Of a stretch of DNA of 58,541 nucleotides, positions 6,186 to 16,103 are shown piece by piece (the first letter of the stretch is position 1; the number at the start of each line of letters is the position of its first letter). The notes under the pieces are model-generated. The model made no database searches and was not told the DNA's origin. It was given only the letters and a program-made list of their open reading frames with translations. Origin of the DNA: Deltaproteobacteria bacterium (lineage in GTDB: Bacteria; Myxococcota_A; UBA9160; UBA6930); the NCBI GenBank assembly GCA_002687015.1, contig NYZB01000276.1:1-58541 (forward strand), in the 5' to 3' direction. A program made the translations under genes and the position numbers.

Positions 6186-7595
6186 CTAGAGTGGACCCTC
6201 CTGCTCCCCGGTGAGGACCAGGTCGAGGATCCGCTCCGGATCGGTCCATCCCCGCTCGTCCTGGACCTCCCGGCAAGCGCTCAGGATCTCGCCGAAGCGT
6301 TTCGAGGGCGACAGCCCGCGTGCGATCAGGTGGCGGCCGAGGACCACGTCCTTCGGACCCTCGGCGGGGATGGCCAGCTGGCGGGCCTTCTCGAGGAAGG
6401 CCTCCCCAGCCTCGAACTCGCCGCGAAGCGCCTCCTCGGTGGTGCGGCCCAGCTGGTCCGCCCGTGCGATGCGCTCGAGCAGCTCCATCGAGACGCCGCC
6501 CGCTGCGAGCTCACGGGCGAGCCTGCGATAGGCACGCGGCCCCGCGCCGTTCTGGACGAAGAGGGTCGGGGAGAGGTGGTGCAGGACCAGGAGGCCGACC
6601 GCACGGATGAGCTCGTTCGAGATGCGGAGCCTCTCGAGGAGGGCCGAGGTCGGGGGCAGGCCCGCACTCTCGTGGCCGCGAGAGCGGATGCGGCCCTCGA
6701 TCACCTCGGTCGTCGCCGGCTTCCCGAGATCGTGGCAGAGGGCCGCGAACATCAGGGCCGCATCCTCGCCGGGATCGCCCGTGCGCAGCTCTGCAGCGGA
6801 GTCGAGCACCATCAGGGTGTGGATCCAGACGTCGCCCTCGGGGTGCCACTCCGCGTCCTGCGGTACACCCCGAAGCTCGGCCAGCTCCGGGAAGAAGCGG
6901 ATCAGGTCGCTCTCGTCGAGGAATCGCAGGCCGAGCGAGGGCTTGCGCCCCTTCAGCAGCAGCTTGTTGAACTCCTCGCCGAGCCGCTCCCCGGGAAGCT
7001 CCGAGAGGTCGAGCTGCGAGCAGAGACGGGTGAGCTCGGCATCGGGCTCCATCTCGAAGCGCGCCGCGAACTGGGCCACCCGGAGACCGCGCAGCGGATC
7101 CTCGGAGAAGCTCTGCGGATCGGTGGCCCGCAGACGGCCGGCCTCCAGGTCCGCCACGCCTCCGTGGGGGTCGAGCAGCTCTCCGGTGACGAGATCGAAG
7201 CCGATGGCGTTGATCGTCAGGTCCCGGCGGCGCGCGGCCTCGCTGAAGTCGAGCTCCGGATCGACCTGGATCTCGAAGCCGCGATGCCCTGCGCCGGTCT
7301 TGCTATCGCGTCGGGGCAGCGAGAAGTCCACGTCGAGCCCGCGGATCATCAGCACCCCGAAGGACTGCCCCACCGTCATCACCTCGCCGAACTCGCCGAG
7401 AACCTCCGAGAGCTCCGGCAGCCTGAGGCCGAAGGTCTCGACGTCGAGGTCCTTCGACGGCTGGCCGAGCAAGGCGTCGCGCACGGCGCCTCCCACGAGG
7501 AGGGCCCGACCGCCGCGAGCCCGGATCGCCGCTCCGATCGCGTGGACCCGCCGGCCGACCGGGTCGTCGCGCAGATGCTCGCGCAGGGCTTCCAT
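6186..7595 (-). CDS. cca: CCA-adding tRNA nucleotidyltransferase with HD domain
   Basis: 469 aa. LVGGAVRDALLG...DLDV polymerase-beta nucleotidyltransferase head, RRDLTINA motif, HD domain CHDLGK...RGHE. Confidence 0.85.
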   Translation of the reverse strand: MEALREHLRDDPVGRRVHAIGAAIRARGGRALLVGGAVRDALLGQPSKDLDVETFGLRLPELSEVLGEFGEVMTVGQSFGVLMIRGLDVDFSLPRRDSKTGAGHRGFEIQVDPELDFSEAARRRDLTINAIGFDLVTGELLDPHGGVADLEAGRLRATDPQSFSEDPLRGLRVAQFAARFEMEPDAELTRLCSQLDLSELPGERLGEEFNKLLLKGRKPSLGLRFLDESDLIRFFPELAELRGVPQDAEWHPEGDVWIHTLMVLDSAAELRTGDPGEDAALMFAALCHDLGKPATTEVIEGRIRSRGHESAGLPPTSALLERLRISNELIRAVGLLVLHHLSPTLFVQNGAGPRAYRRLARELAAGGVSMELLERIARADQLGRTTEEALRGEFEAGEAFLEKARQLAIPAEGPKDVVLGRHLIARGLSPSKRFGEILSACREVQDERGWTDPERILDLVLTGEQEGPL

Positions 7596-7814
7596 GGGTT
7601 CCTTCCGCTTTCAGGTGGCGAACGATACCGTTTGCTGGCGAGGGGAGTGGCAGGCTCCCGAGCCCGGGTTCACTGCCGGGGCGGGCTCCGCGCCCGGCTC
7701 GAGCGAAGAGCGGTCTTCGCACAGCTCATTCAATGGACCTCGCAAGGGGTGAACCAGGCCGCGGGCTCGTGTGACCCACGCCGCAAGGAATCGCGGCCAG
7801 AGGAGCAGACCGCC

Positions 7815-8183
7815 ATGCACATTCGAAGGATCGCAATCCCCCTGGTCGTGGCGGGCACCCTGCTGGCCGCCGGCCAAGCCGCCGCGGGAAGCTGGACGAT
7901 CCACTGCACCACTCCGGACCGCAAGCTCGAAATGCTCTTCGAGCACTACGACGACGCATCCGGCGACGACTACGGCCGGGTTCCGGAATGGGCGCTGCTG
8001 ACCGTGGGGCAGAGCTCCCAGGAGCTGCGAGGGCCGAGCCGCGAGATGGCGGGGCTCTTGATCTACGAGTTCGAGAAGCACACCGTGATCTACTCGGGCG
8101 CCGCCCAGGCCGATCGGCCGAAGCACATCGCGATCTACGACAAGGCGGGCGGATTCTCGGCCATCGGGGCCTGTGAAGGCTGA
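7815..8183 (+). CDS. Secreted hypothetical protein, 122 aa
   Basis: ATG 7815 with AGGAG 9 nt upstream. Signal peptide MHIRRIAIPLVVAGTLLAAGQAAAG. The upstream 1.4 kb of track ORF 6330..8183 is antisense to cca and not coding. Confidence 0.55.
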   Translation: MHIRRIAIPLVVAGTLLAAGQAAAGSWTIHCTTPDRKLEMLFEHYDDASGDDYGRVPEWALLTVGQSSQELRGPSREMAGLLIYEFEKHTVIYSGAAQADRPKHIAIYDKAGGFSAIGACEG

Positions 8184-9040
8184 GGACGGAGCGAGCCCTT
8201 GCGGGAGGCCGCGGCCGCGGCGGCCAGCAGCAGGAGGAGCCCCGGCTCGGGCACGGTCGGATAGAGCGCGTTGCGCCCCGAGAGATCGTCCGGCCGCAGG
8301 TCCGTCCGCAGGAAGTCCGGCCGTTGGCCGCCCCACATCATCGCAAAGGAATCCAGCTGGGCCGTCGCCACCAGGCCGGCCACCGGGTTCAGCGGATCCG
8401 CCGGCTGGTAGACGCTCAGGGGATCCCCGTCGTCGTCCCAGCTGGTGCTCTCGTTCGGGTGGCCGAGGCCCAGGGAGTGACCGATCTCGTGGGCCATCAG
8501 GTTGATGAGCCGGTTGGTGTAGTCCGCGGGCGTCGCCAGCCCGCCGCCGAGGAGCAGCGAGAAGAGGATGTTGAAGCGGTCGGTCGCGACGACGATGCTG
8601 GACTTCACGATGGCGGGCCCCGTGATCACCGCACCGGAGGTGAGGGTCACGCCGGTGATGAACCACTGGTCCAGGAAGGAGAAGCCGGTGCTGACGTTGC
8701 CCTGGAAGATGGGGTCCTGGGAGGTGGCGGAGAAGACGTCGATCTCGCGCCCGGGAGCCGCGTCGAACTGGATGTCGAAGTGGAGATCGGGCGTCTCCCA
8801 GACGCGGAAGGACTGGACCAGGGCGGCATCGAAGGCGGCGATCTCGGCGGGATCGGTGAGCCCGAAGGAAGCGGCAAAGCCAGGGGCGATGCCGACCTGG
8901 ATGCCGTCGTGAAGGCCCGCTCCCTGCACGGGCGTGGCCGACCAGCGAGGCATGTTGGAGAGGGTGAAGCCGGGGTACGCGGCGAAGGCCAGGGCGTGTG
9001 CCGGCAACAGGACGAGCAGGAGTAGCAGGAAGGACCGCAT
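8135..9040 (-). CDS. Matrixin/metzincin-like zinc metalloprotease with PEP-CTERM sorting signal
   Basis: Signal peptide MRSFLLLLLVLLPAHALA. HEIGHSLGLGH (HExxHxxGxxH). C-terminal VPEPGLLLLLAAAAAASRKG (PEP motif + TM + basic cluster), followed by an unusual extra 19 aa. Confidence 0.8.
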   Translation of the reverse strand: MRSFLLLLLVLLPAHALAFAAYPGFTLSNMPRWSATPVQGAGLHDGIQVGIAPGFAASFGLTDPAEIAAFDAALVQSFRVWETPDLHFDIQFDAAPGREIDVFSATSQDPIFQGNVSTGFSFLDQWFITGVTLTSGAVITGPAIVKSSIVVATDRFNILFSLLLGGGLATPADYTNRLINLMAHEIGHSLGLGHPNESTSWDDDGDPLSVYQPADPLNPVAGLVATAQLDSFAMMWGGQRPDFLRTDLRPDDLSGRNALYPTVPEPGLLLLLAAAAAASRKGSLRPQPSQAPMAENPPALS

Positions 9041-9116
9041 GGTGGGCCTCGAAGCCCTTCCCGGCCATCTATCCTACCGCCCGCTTCCGCCGAAGGTCAA
9101 CAACAGAGGCGGCGAC

Positions 9117-9968
9117 TCAGCCGTCGCAAGCCGGCCCTTCCGCCCCGATCGCCCACGAGAGAGCGCCGCCGAGCAGGCTCTTCATCTCGGGTCGCTGATA
9201 GGCGGCGGCCAGGTGACCGAGGGCCGAGAAGAGGGTGCGGCCCCGGCCCAGGCATCGCGACCAGACCACGGGATGGTCGTCGCCCATGCGCAGGTCCTCG
9301 TCCATCCAGAGGAGGTGGAGCTCCGGGCTGTAGCTGCTCTCGTCCACGCGGACGAGCACGTCGAATCCCCTCTCACGGACGCTGCGGTCGAAGCTGTACC
9401 ACTCCTCGTGGTGGACGAAACGTTCGGGAAGATCGCGGGTCGCGGGATGCGTCCGGTCCTCGACCACGGCGGTCGCGTCCTGGAACTGCGGGCCCATGGT
9501 GTGCCCGATGAACTGCGCGCCGATCAGCTCCTCGACGTACCAGGCCCAATCGTAGGAAGGGTCCCCCCCGGCGCCGTGCAGGCCCACGAAGCCACCGCCC
9601 TGCTCCAGCCATTCCCTCAGGTGCTGCTTCTGGTCCGGGTTCAGGGTGTCGCCACTGGTATTGTGCCAGACCGTGACGGCGAAGCGGGACAGGATCTCGG
9701 GAGTGAAGGCCGCACCGTTCTCGGTATGGAAGAGCGACCAGCCCTTCTCCGCGGCGATCTCCTCGAGCAGGGCGAGCCCCGCCGGAATCGCCTCCTCGTG
9801 GCGAAAGCCATTGGTCTTGGTGAAGACGAGGAGGGCCGGAGCGCCGAGGTTCGCCGGCAGCTCGGGGGGCTCGGTCTCGTAGCTGTGGGAAGGGAAGAAG
9901 GTCCGCCAGGCACTGCAGCCGCCGGCGAGGAGACAGACGAGAGCCAGGAGCGGAATCGCGCGACGCAT
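9117..9968 (-). CDS. ThuA-domain (trehalose-utilisation-like) lipoprotein, paralog 1
   Basis: ATG 9968; lipobox LLAGGCS. VFTKTNGFRHEEAIPAG, WHNTSGDTL and HPVVW...ALGH are ThuA-like and closely parallel 11359..12204. The upstream part of track ORF 9117..11306 is antisense to the MFS gene. Confidence 0.8.
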   Translation of the reverse strand: MRRAIPLLALVCLLAGGCSAWRTFFPSHSYETEPPELPANLGAPALLVFTKTNGFRHEEAIPAGLALLEEIAAEKGWSLFHTENGAAFTPEILSRFAVTVWHNTSGDTLNPDQKQHLREWLEQGGGFVGLHGAGGDPSYDWAWYVEELIGAQFIGHTMGPQFQDATAVVEDRTHPATRDLPERFVHHEEWYSFDRSVRERGFDVLVRVDESSYSPELHLLWMDEDLRMGDDHPVVWSRCLGRGRTLFSALGHLAAAYQRPEMKSLLGGALSWAIGAEGPACDG

Positions 9969-9982
9969 GGAGTTTCCTTGTA

Positions 9983-9992
9983 GGTCCGGACC
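9983..9992. promoter_or_regulatory. Perfect 10-bp palindrome in the 48-bp divergent ThuA/MFS intergenic region
   Basis: GGTCCGGACC is self-complementary and lies centrally between start codons 9968 (-) and 10017 (+). Confidence 0.25.
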
Positions 9993-10016
9993 GACGGCAC
10001 GTATTCTACGCGAGCC

Positions 10017-11324
10017 ATGAATCAATCGCGCGCCGACTACCCGACCCGGAAGATCTTCGTCTTCAGCACGCTGACGCTGTTCACCGCGGGGCTCTCCTTC
10101 TCCCTGCGGGCGAGCATCATCGGAACACTGGAGGCGCAGTACCTCGCCAGCATCGATCCGGCCCATTCGGGCGAGATGGCGGGGCAGCTGCTGGGGATTG
10201 CATTCCTGGGCTTCGCTTCCACGCTCTTCCTCGCAAGCGTGTTCCTCGACGCCATCGGGCAGGGACGCAGCCTGCTCATCGCGGCGAGCGCCTTCGTGGT
10301 GGGCACCACCATGACCCTCGCCGCGCCGGCGCTCGCCGAAGGCCCGGGGGTCTACGACCTCCTGTGGCTCGGCTTCCTGCTCTCCGGCCTCGGCTGGGGC
10401 TTCATGGAGGCGGCGGTCAATCCCCTGGTCGCGGCGCTCTACCCGGAGGACAAGACCAATCGCCTGAACATCGTCCACGCATGGTGGCCGGCGGGGATCA
10501 TCGCCGGAGGGCTGATCGAGCTCGGGTTGGGCGCGCTGGGCATCGGCTGGCAGGCGCGCTTCGGGATGATCCTGCTCCCGGCCACGGTGGCCATCACCCT
10601 CTACTTCGGCACCCGTTTCCCGCGTACCGAGCGCGCGGCGGCTGGCGTTTCCATGGCGGACATGTTCCGCGAGATCCCGCGCAAGCCGATGTTCCTGGTC
10701 TGGTGGGTGTGCATGTTCCTCACGGCCTCCTCGGAGCTGGCGCCCGGACAGTGGATCGACCTGACACTCACCCGCACGGTCGGCATGCGCGGCATCTGGC
10801 TCCTGATCTACGTGAGTGGGATGATGTTCGTACTGCGCCACTTCGCAGGCCCGATCGCCCACCGCATCTCCAATGTGGGGATGCTCTGGGGCTCGGCGGT
10901 GCTGGCCTCGCTCGGTCTCCTGGCCCTCGCCCGCGTCGACTCGCCCACCATGGCGATCGGTGCCGCGACCGTCTGGGGCCTCGGCGTCTGCTTCATGTGG
11001 CCGACCATGCTGGCCAACGTGTCGGAGCGCTACCCCCGCGGCGGCGAGCTCTTCGTCGGCCTGATGGGCGTCGCCGGCGCTCTGGCGATCAACTTCGTTC
11101 TGCCGCAGCTCGGAGCCATCTTCGACCGGGCGAAGATCGAGGTCGCGGGTGGTCCCGAGGCCTTCGCCGCGCTCTCGGGCCAGCCCCTGCAGGAGGTGCT
11201 GCGCAGCGCCGCCGGCACCTCCTTCCAGACCCTGGCCATCCTCCCCGCGATCCTGATCGTCGTCTTCGCCGCACTCGCCCTCGTCGACCGGGCGCGCGGC
11301 TACCAACCCGAGCGCCTGAACTGA
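10017..11324 (+). CDS. MFS transporter (sugar/FucP-like)
   Basis: 435 aa, about 12 predicted TM helices, MFS-like loops (NPLVAALYPEDKTNR). Confidence 0.85.
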   Translation: MNQSRADYPTRKIFVFSTLTLFTAGLSFSLRASIIGTLEAQYLASIDPAHSGEMAGQLLGIAFLGFASTLFLASVFLDAIGQGRSLLIAASAFVVGTTMTLAAPALAEGPGVYDLLWLGFLLSGLGWGFMEAAVNPLVAALYPEDKTNRLNIVHAWWPAGIIAGGLIELGLGALGIGWQARFGMILLPATVAITLYFGTRFPRTERAAAGVSMADMFREIPRKPMFLVWWVCMFLTASSELAPGQWIDLTLTRTVGMRGIWLLIYVSGMMFVLRHFAGPIAHRISNVGMLWGSAVLASLGLLALARVDSPTMAIGAATVWGLGVCFMWPTMLANVSERYPRGGELFVGLMGVAGALAINFVLPQLGAIFDRAKIEVAGGPEAFAALSGQPLQEVLRSAAGTSFQTLAILPAILIVVFAALALVDRARGYQPERLN

Positions 11325-11358
11325 GACCGGCAGGCCAACGCCGTCACCAACAGAGGGT

Positions 11359-12204
11359 TCAGGGGCAGGCGGGACCTTCCTGACCGAGGGCCCAGGCGAT
11401 CGCGCCTTCGATCAGGTCCTTCAGGTGCTGCGTCTGGTAGGCGACGGCCTGGTGGCCGAGGGCCGAGTAGAAGGCGCGCCCCTTGCCCACACAGGTCGTC
11501 CACACGATCGGGTGGTCGTCGCCCATCGAGAGGTCTTCGTCGAGCCAGAGCCAGTCGATGCGCGGGGAGTAGGTCGACTCGTCGACGGTGGCGAGCACGC
11601 GGAAGCCCTTGGCCCGCGGGCTCTCGGTGAAGGAGTACCACTCCTCGGTGTGCAAGAAGGTCTCGGGCCACTTCGCCGTGCCCGGGTGGTCGCGATCCTC
11701 GACGTGGACGCGGGCCTCCTGGAACTGCGGGCCCATCGGGTGCTGGCCGTAGTCCACGCCGATCAGGTTCTTGCGGTACCAGTCCCAGGTATGGGAGCCG
11801 TCACCGGCCGCATGGGTGCCGACCCAGCCGTGGCCCTCCTCGAGCCAGCCCTGGAAGGCGGCCTTCTGCCCCTCGGTGAGGACGTCGCCGCTGGTCACGT
11901 GCCAGACGACGGCGTCGAAGCGGGCCAGCAGCTCGGGCTCGAAGCTCGCTCCGTTCTCGGTGTGGAAGACCGACCAGCCGCGGCGAGCGGCAATCTCCTC
12001 GATCAAGGCGACCCCGGCGGGGATCGCCTCCTCGTGGCGGAAGGCGTTGGTCTTCGTGAACACCATCACGGCCGGCGAGCCCAGATCGGCCGGCAGGGTC
12101 GGCGGCTCGGTGTCGTAGTCCTTCTTCGGGACGAAGGCGCGGTAGACGCTGCAGCTGGTGAGGAGTAGAGAGGCGAGAAGCCCGAGGGCGATCGTACGGC
12201 TCAT
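11359..12204 (-). CDS. ThuA-domain lipoprotein, paralog 2
   Basis: ATG 12204, 7 nt after the SDR stop. Lipobox LLLTSCS. Collinear similarity to 9117..9968 (VFTKTNAFRHEEAIPAG, HPIVW...ALGH). Confidence 0.8.
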   Translation of the reverse strand: MSRTIALGLLASLLLTSCSVYRAFVPKKDYDTEPPTLPADLGSPAVMVFTKTNAFRHEEAIPAGVALIEEIAARRGWSVFHTENGASFEPELLARFDAVVWHVTSGDVLTEGQKAAFQGWLEEGHGWVGTHAAGDGSHTWDWYRKNLIGVDYGQHPMGPQFQEARVHVEDRDHPGTAKWPETFLHTEEWYSFTESPRAKGFRVLATVDESTYSPRIDWLWLDEDLSMGDDHPIVWTTCVGKGRAFYSALGHQAVAYQTQHLKDLIEGAIAWALGQEGPACP

Positions 12205-12211
12205 GGCAAAG

Positions 12212-12988
12212 TCAACCCGTGAAGCGGTGGCCGGCCAGATAGCCGCCGTCCACGGGCAGCGCCACACCGGTCACGAAGGAGGATTCGTCCGACGCGAGGA
12301 AGAGCGCCGCGTTCGCCAGCTCGACGGGCTTGCCGAAGCGGCCGAGCTGGTGGGCGGCGCGGATCTGGTCCTCCAACGCCTTGGCGCCCTCGATCCTGAA
12401 GGTCGCGCGGAGCAGGGGCGTGTCGACGAAGCCGGGGCAGATCGCGTTCACGCGGATGCCGGCGCTCGCGTAGTCGATCGACATGTTCTTGGTCAGCAGG
12501 ATCACGGCGCCCTTGGACGCGTTGTAGACGCTGCCGCCCATGAAGCCCTCGATGCCCTCGACACTGGCCACGTTGATGACCGAGCCGCCGCCACCCTCCA
12601 TCATGACGGGCACCACGTGCTTGTTCACCAGGAAGGTGCCCTTCATGTTGATGTCCATGACGTGGTCCCAGGCGTCTTCCTCGAGCATATGGACCATGCC
12701 GCCGCCGGCCACGCCTGCCGAGTTCAGCACCACGTCGATGCGGCCGAAGGCCTGCTTCGCCTCGCCGACGACCTCCCGGATACGCGCCTCGTCGCGCACA
12801 TCACCGGTGGCGAAGCTGCTGCGCGAAGCCACGCGCGTGGCTTCCTCCCAGTCCGGCTCGAACTTGTCGTTCAGGTCGAAGCCGGCGACGATCGCACCTT
12901 CCTCCGCGAAGCGCAGCGCGCTGGCCGCGCCGATCCCGGACGCGGCACCGGTAATGAACGCCACCTTGCCTTCGAGCCGACCTGCCAT
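12212..12988 (-). CDS. Short-chain dehydrogenase/reductase (SDR)
   Basis: TGAASGIG cofactor motif, NSAG, YNASK catalytic motif, PGFVDTP. Paralog of 49232..50005. Confidence 0.9.
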   Translation of the reverse strand: MAGRLEGKVAFITGAASGIGAASALRFAEEGAIVAGFDLNDKFEPDWEEATRVASRSSFATGDVRDEARIREVVGEAKQAFGRIDVVLNSAGVAGGGMVHMLEEDAWDHVMDINMKGTFLVNKHVVPVMMEGGGGSVINVASVEGIEGFMGGSVYNASKGAVILLTKNMSIDYASAGIRVNAICPGFVDTPLLRATFRIEGAKALEDQIRAAHQLGRFGKPVELANAALFLASDESSFVTGVALPVDGGYLAGHRFTG

Positions 12989-13075
12989 TGGACCTCCGAC
13001 GATCGAGAATTCCCTGGTCCGACTGTAGACCAGCCGAAGCGGCCCGATCCTCCCCGCGCCGGCCGGGTGAGCGGA

Positions 13076-14704
13076 TCAGGAGCCCTTCGACCGGGCGGCC
13101 TGCACCTGCCGGAGCTGCGCCTCCGCGCTCTCCTGCCAGGGTCCTCCGACCTCGATGGCGGCCCCGAGCGCGTTCTCCGCCGAAGCCAGGTCGCCGATCG
13201 CCAGGTACGCCGCCGCCCGGGCCATCCAGTCCGACTGCCCCGCGCGTCGCCCCTCTCCGTGGTCCAGCCAGTTCTGGACCAGACGGCGATGCAGGGCTTC
13301 GTATCCGGGATGCCCTCGGAGAGGCTGGAGGACCGGATCCTGGAGGATCTGGTAGGCGTCGAAGCCCCGGTTCGCGAGCTTCTCGAGCCGCTCGTAGGCG
13401 CCGTCCAGATCGCCCTCGCGTGTCAGGCTCCGTGCCCCGAGGAAGGCGGCGCTCCTTCCGTCCGGGTACTTCCGGGCGGAGTCGACCATCAGCAGCATCT
13501 CGTTTCGCCAGAGGGGCGCGCGCTGATAGGAATGGGAGGCGAAGAGCAGGGCGAGACCCGCAGCCAGCAGGGGCCCGAGCCAGGGCCGGATCCGGCCGAA
13601 GCGGAGCGAACCCGTGGCCCCGTGGAGCGCGAGTGCGGATCCCGCGAGGAGGCCGGGTAGGACCGTGTAGAGGTAGCGGTCGCCCATCGGAAAGAGGAAG
13701 GTGAAGACCTGGGAGGCCGGTGCGTAGGCCGCAGCCGCCCACAGCCAGTGCACGCCCTCGATCTCGCGGCGCGCCAGGGTCGTCGTCATGCGCCACGCCA
13801 GCGCCAGGCAGGCGAGCAGTCCGGCCCACCACCAGGGGTCGGCCAGCCCCGCGACCGGCGGCTCGTGGGAGAACGCCACTCCGAGGGTCGTGGCCGCCAT
13901 CACCAGGTAGCGTGCGGCCAGTCCGAGCATCGAGCGGCCCTGCTCGAAGGGCCCCGAGTAGCGATCCAGGAGGGCGGCATGACCGGTGTCCGCAAAGATG
14001 AGGAACTCGGGGATCGCGCACAGGATCGCGACGACGGCCCAGGCGAGGATCCAGACACGGCCGCGCGAGAGAGCGTCGGGCCCCCGCACCCAGAGCCACG
14101 CCGCCAGCACGGGCCAGGCCAGGAGCGCCGCGATCTTGGCGAGCAAGGCCAGGGCGAAGAGCGCCGTGGCCAGGAGGGGCCGCCGCTCGAAGGCGAGAAG
14201 AGAGCCCGTGCCGAGCGCGAGACACAGCAGGGTCTTCGTCTGGAAGATCCACGCCACGGTCTCGACGTTGGCGGTATGCGCGAAGAAGACGAAGCCCAGG
14301 GCGCATGCGGCCGGCCCGGACAAGCCGGTGCGGAAGAACCAGGCGACCAGCAGCGCCGAGCAGATCCCGTGCAGGAGCACGTTGACCAGGTGATAGCCCC
14401 AGGTCTCGTCTCCGAAGAGCTGCCACTCGACCATGGTGACCAGCTGGTGCACGGGCGCGTAGTTGGCCACGTAGTAGGCGGCGTCTCCCAGCGGATCGAG
14501 AGCGGCGAGCAGGTGCCTCCAGTCGGCGGTCTGGACGTAGGGGTTGTTGAGCACGTAGCCGACGTCGTCGGCGACGAAGCCGCCCTGCAGGGCGGGGCCG
14601 AAGAGGATCAGGCCGAGGCCGGAGAACACGCCGGCCAACGCCAGCACGCCCAGAGGCGTGGCGCACAGGCGGTGCATCGAGCTGCCCTGGTCGGTGTCGT
14701 TCAT
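13076..14704 (-). CDS. TMTC/PMT-like GT-C membrane glycosyltransferase with C-terminal TPR-like domain, paralog 1
   Basis: Multi-TM N-terminal region with [30 protein letters not shown] and [11 protein letters not shown], characteristic of DUF1736/TMTC-type O-glycosyltransferases. Soluble helical C-terminus. The start is uncertain (ATG 14704 or 14677). Confidence 0.7.
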   Translation of the reverse strand: MNDTDQGSSMHRLCATPLGVLALAGVFSGLGLILFGPALQGGFVADDVGYVLNNPYVQTADWRHLLAALDPLGDAAYYVANYAPVHQLVTMVEWQLFGDETWGYHLVNVLLHGICSALLVAWFFRTGLSGPAACALGFVFFAHTANVETVAWIFQTKTLLCLALGTGSLLAFERRPLLATALFALALLAKIAALLAWPVLAAWLWVRGPDALSRGRVWILAWAVVAILCAIPEFLIFADTGHAALLDRYSGPFEQGRSMLGLAARYLVMAATTLGVAFSHEPPVAGLADPWWWAGLLACLALAWRMTTTLARREIEGVHWLWAAAAYAPASQVFTFLFPMGDRYLYTVLPGLLAGSALALHGATGSLRFGRIRPWLGPLLAAGLALLFASHSYQRAPLWRNEMLLMVDSARKYPDGRSAAFLGARSLTREGDLDGAYERLEKLANRGFDAYQILQDPVLQPLRGHPGYEALHRRLVQNWLDHGEGRRAGQSDWMARAAAYLAIGDLASAENALGAAIEVGGPWQESAEAQLRQVQAARSKGS

Positions 14705-14874
14705 CGGAAGGGAGGCCGTTCGGTCGCCATCGGGCGAACCGGGCAGGGTACCACCGAGCCTTCGCGTGCCAGCCGATGGCCACCCCTGGAGCCCCCAGGG
14801 GAAGAAAGCCCTCGGACGGGCTCCAGGGGGCACGAGCGCGATACCCTCGCTCCCCCCCGAGTGGAGGATCTCCC

Positions 14875-16086
14875 ATGCTCGACGTGCGAATCGATGGCGG
14901 TAGCGTAGTCGACGGCACCGGCCGACCGGCCCGCGCCGCCTCCGTGGGCATCCGGAACGGTCGGATCGCCGCGATCGGCGAGGTATCGGAAGACGCGACC
15001 CACACGATCGACGCGGCGGGTCGGATCGTCTGTCCGGGCTTCGTGGACGTGCACACCCACTACGACGCCCAGGCCTTCTGGGATGGCACCCTCTCACCTT
15101 CGCCCTACCACGGCGTGACGACCGTGATCGGTGGCAACTGCGGGTTCAGTGTCGCACCCCTCGTGCCCGAGGCGGGCCCCTACCTGATGCGAATGCTGGC
15201 CCGCGTGGAGGGCATGCCACTCGAGAGCCTCGAAGCGGGCGTGCCCTGGATTGGACCCACTTCGGCGAGTACCTCGGGCGGCTCGAGAACGAGCTCGCCG
15301 TCAACGCGGCGTTCATGGTCGGCCACTCCGCCATCCGTCGGGTCGTCATGGGCGAACGGGCCGTCGGCGAGGAGGCGACCGAGCAGGAGCTCCTGGCGAT
15401 GATCGCGCTCCTCCAGCAGTCGATCCGCGAGGGTGGCCTGGGCTTCTCCTCCACCGTGGCGCCCACCCACAACGATGGCGAGGGCCAGCCCGTGCCCTCG
15501 CGCCACGCCAGCCGTGAAGAGCTGGTCGCCCTGGCCGGTGCGATTCGGGATCTACCCGGCACGGCTCTCGAGTTCCTGCCGGGCGTCGGCAAGTTCACCG
15601 ACGAGCAGAAGCAGCTGATGACGGACATGTCGCTGGCCGCGAACCGGCCCCTCAACTGGAACCTGCTCGCGCCGAGCTCGCAGGACCCGGAGCTCGTCGA
15701 GGCCCAGCTCTCGGCGGGCGACTACGCCGCGGCCCGCGGCGCCACCGTCCTGGCCCTCACGGTTCCCCAGACGCCGACCGTGCGCATCAACCTGCACTCG
15801 GGCTTCGTCTTCGACGCCCTGCCGGGCTGGGCGGAGCTCTTCCGCAGGCCCGTCGAGGAGCGCAAGCAGGTGCTCAGCGATCCCGCCTACCGGGAGAACC
15901 TCGACAAGGGCGCCCACTCCGAGGAGGCGCCTCTACGCCGACGCAATCGGCATCGACCACGTCTTCGTGAATGGCACCGAGATCGTGAGGGGCCAGGAGC
16001 ACACCGGTGCCCTGCCCGGTACGGTCATGCACCCAGGCCGCGATACGGACACCGTCGAGGTGCCCGGCGGCCGCAACCGCGCCTGA
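14875..16086 (+). pseudogene. N-acyl-D-amino-acid deacylase (D-aminoacylase family amidohydrolase), disrupted by a frameshift and an internal deletion
   Basis: N-terminus [16 protein letters not shown]...[11 protein letters not shown] in frame 1. At about 15249 the reading continues in another frame (VPW|[30 protein letters not shown]), consistent with one G missing from CCCTGG(G)ATTGG. At about 15925-15931 it jumps to the family C-terminus (RLYADAIGIDHVFVNGTEIVRGQEHTGALPG), which skips well over 100 residues normally present. Confidence 0.7.
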
Positions 16087-16103
16087 CACGCGAGAAGAGG
16101 ATC

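Noticed and set aside
6330-7814. Upstream 1.4 kb of track ORF 6330..8183, and similar long 5' extensions of 9117..11306, 45956..49021 and 48322..50922
   Set aside because: The extensions overlap bona fide genes (cca, MFS, hydratases, SDR) on the other strand or in another frame and read as junk. Internal starts with RBS, signal peptides or stop-start overlaps give sensible proteins.
12801-15097. 751-aa and 673-aa minus-strand ORFs, and the N-terminal extension of the TMTC-like gene
   Set aside because: 12801..15056 is out of frame with the real TMTC-like protein and reads as Arg/Pro junk. Only 13076..14704 has TM helices and family motifs.
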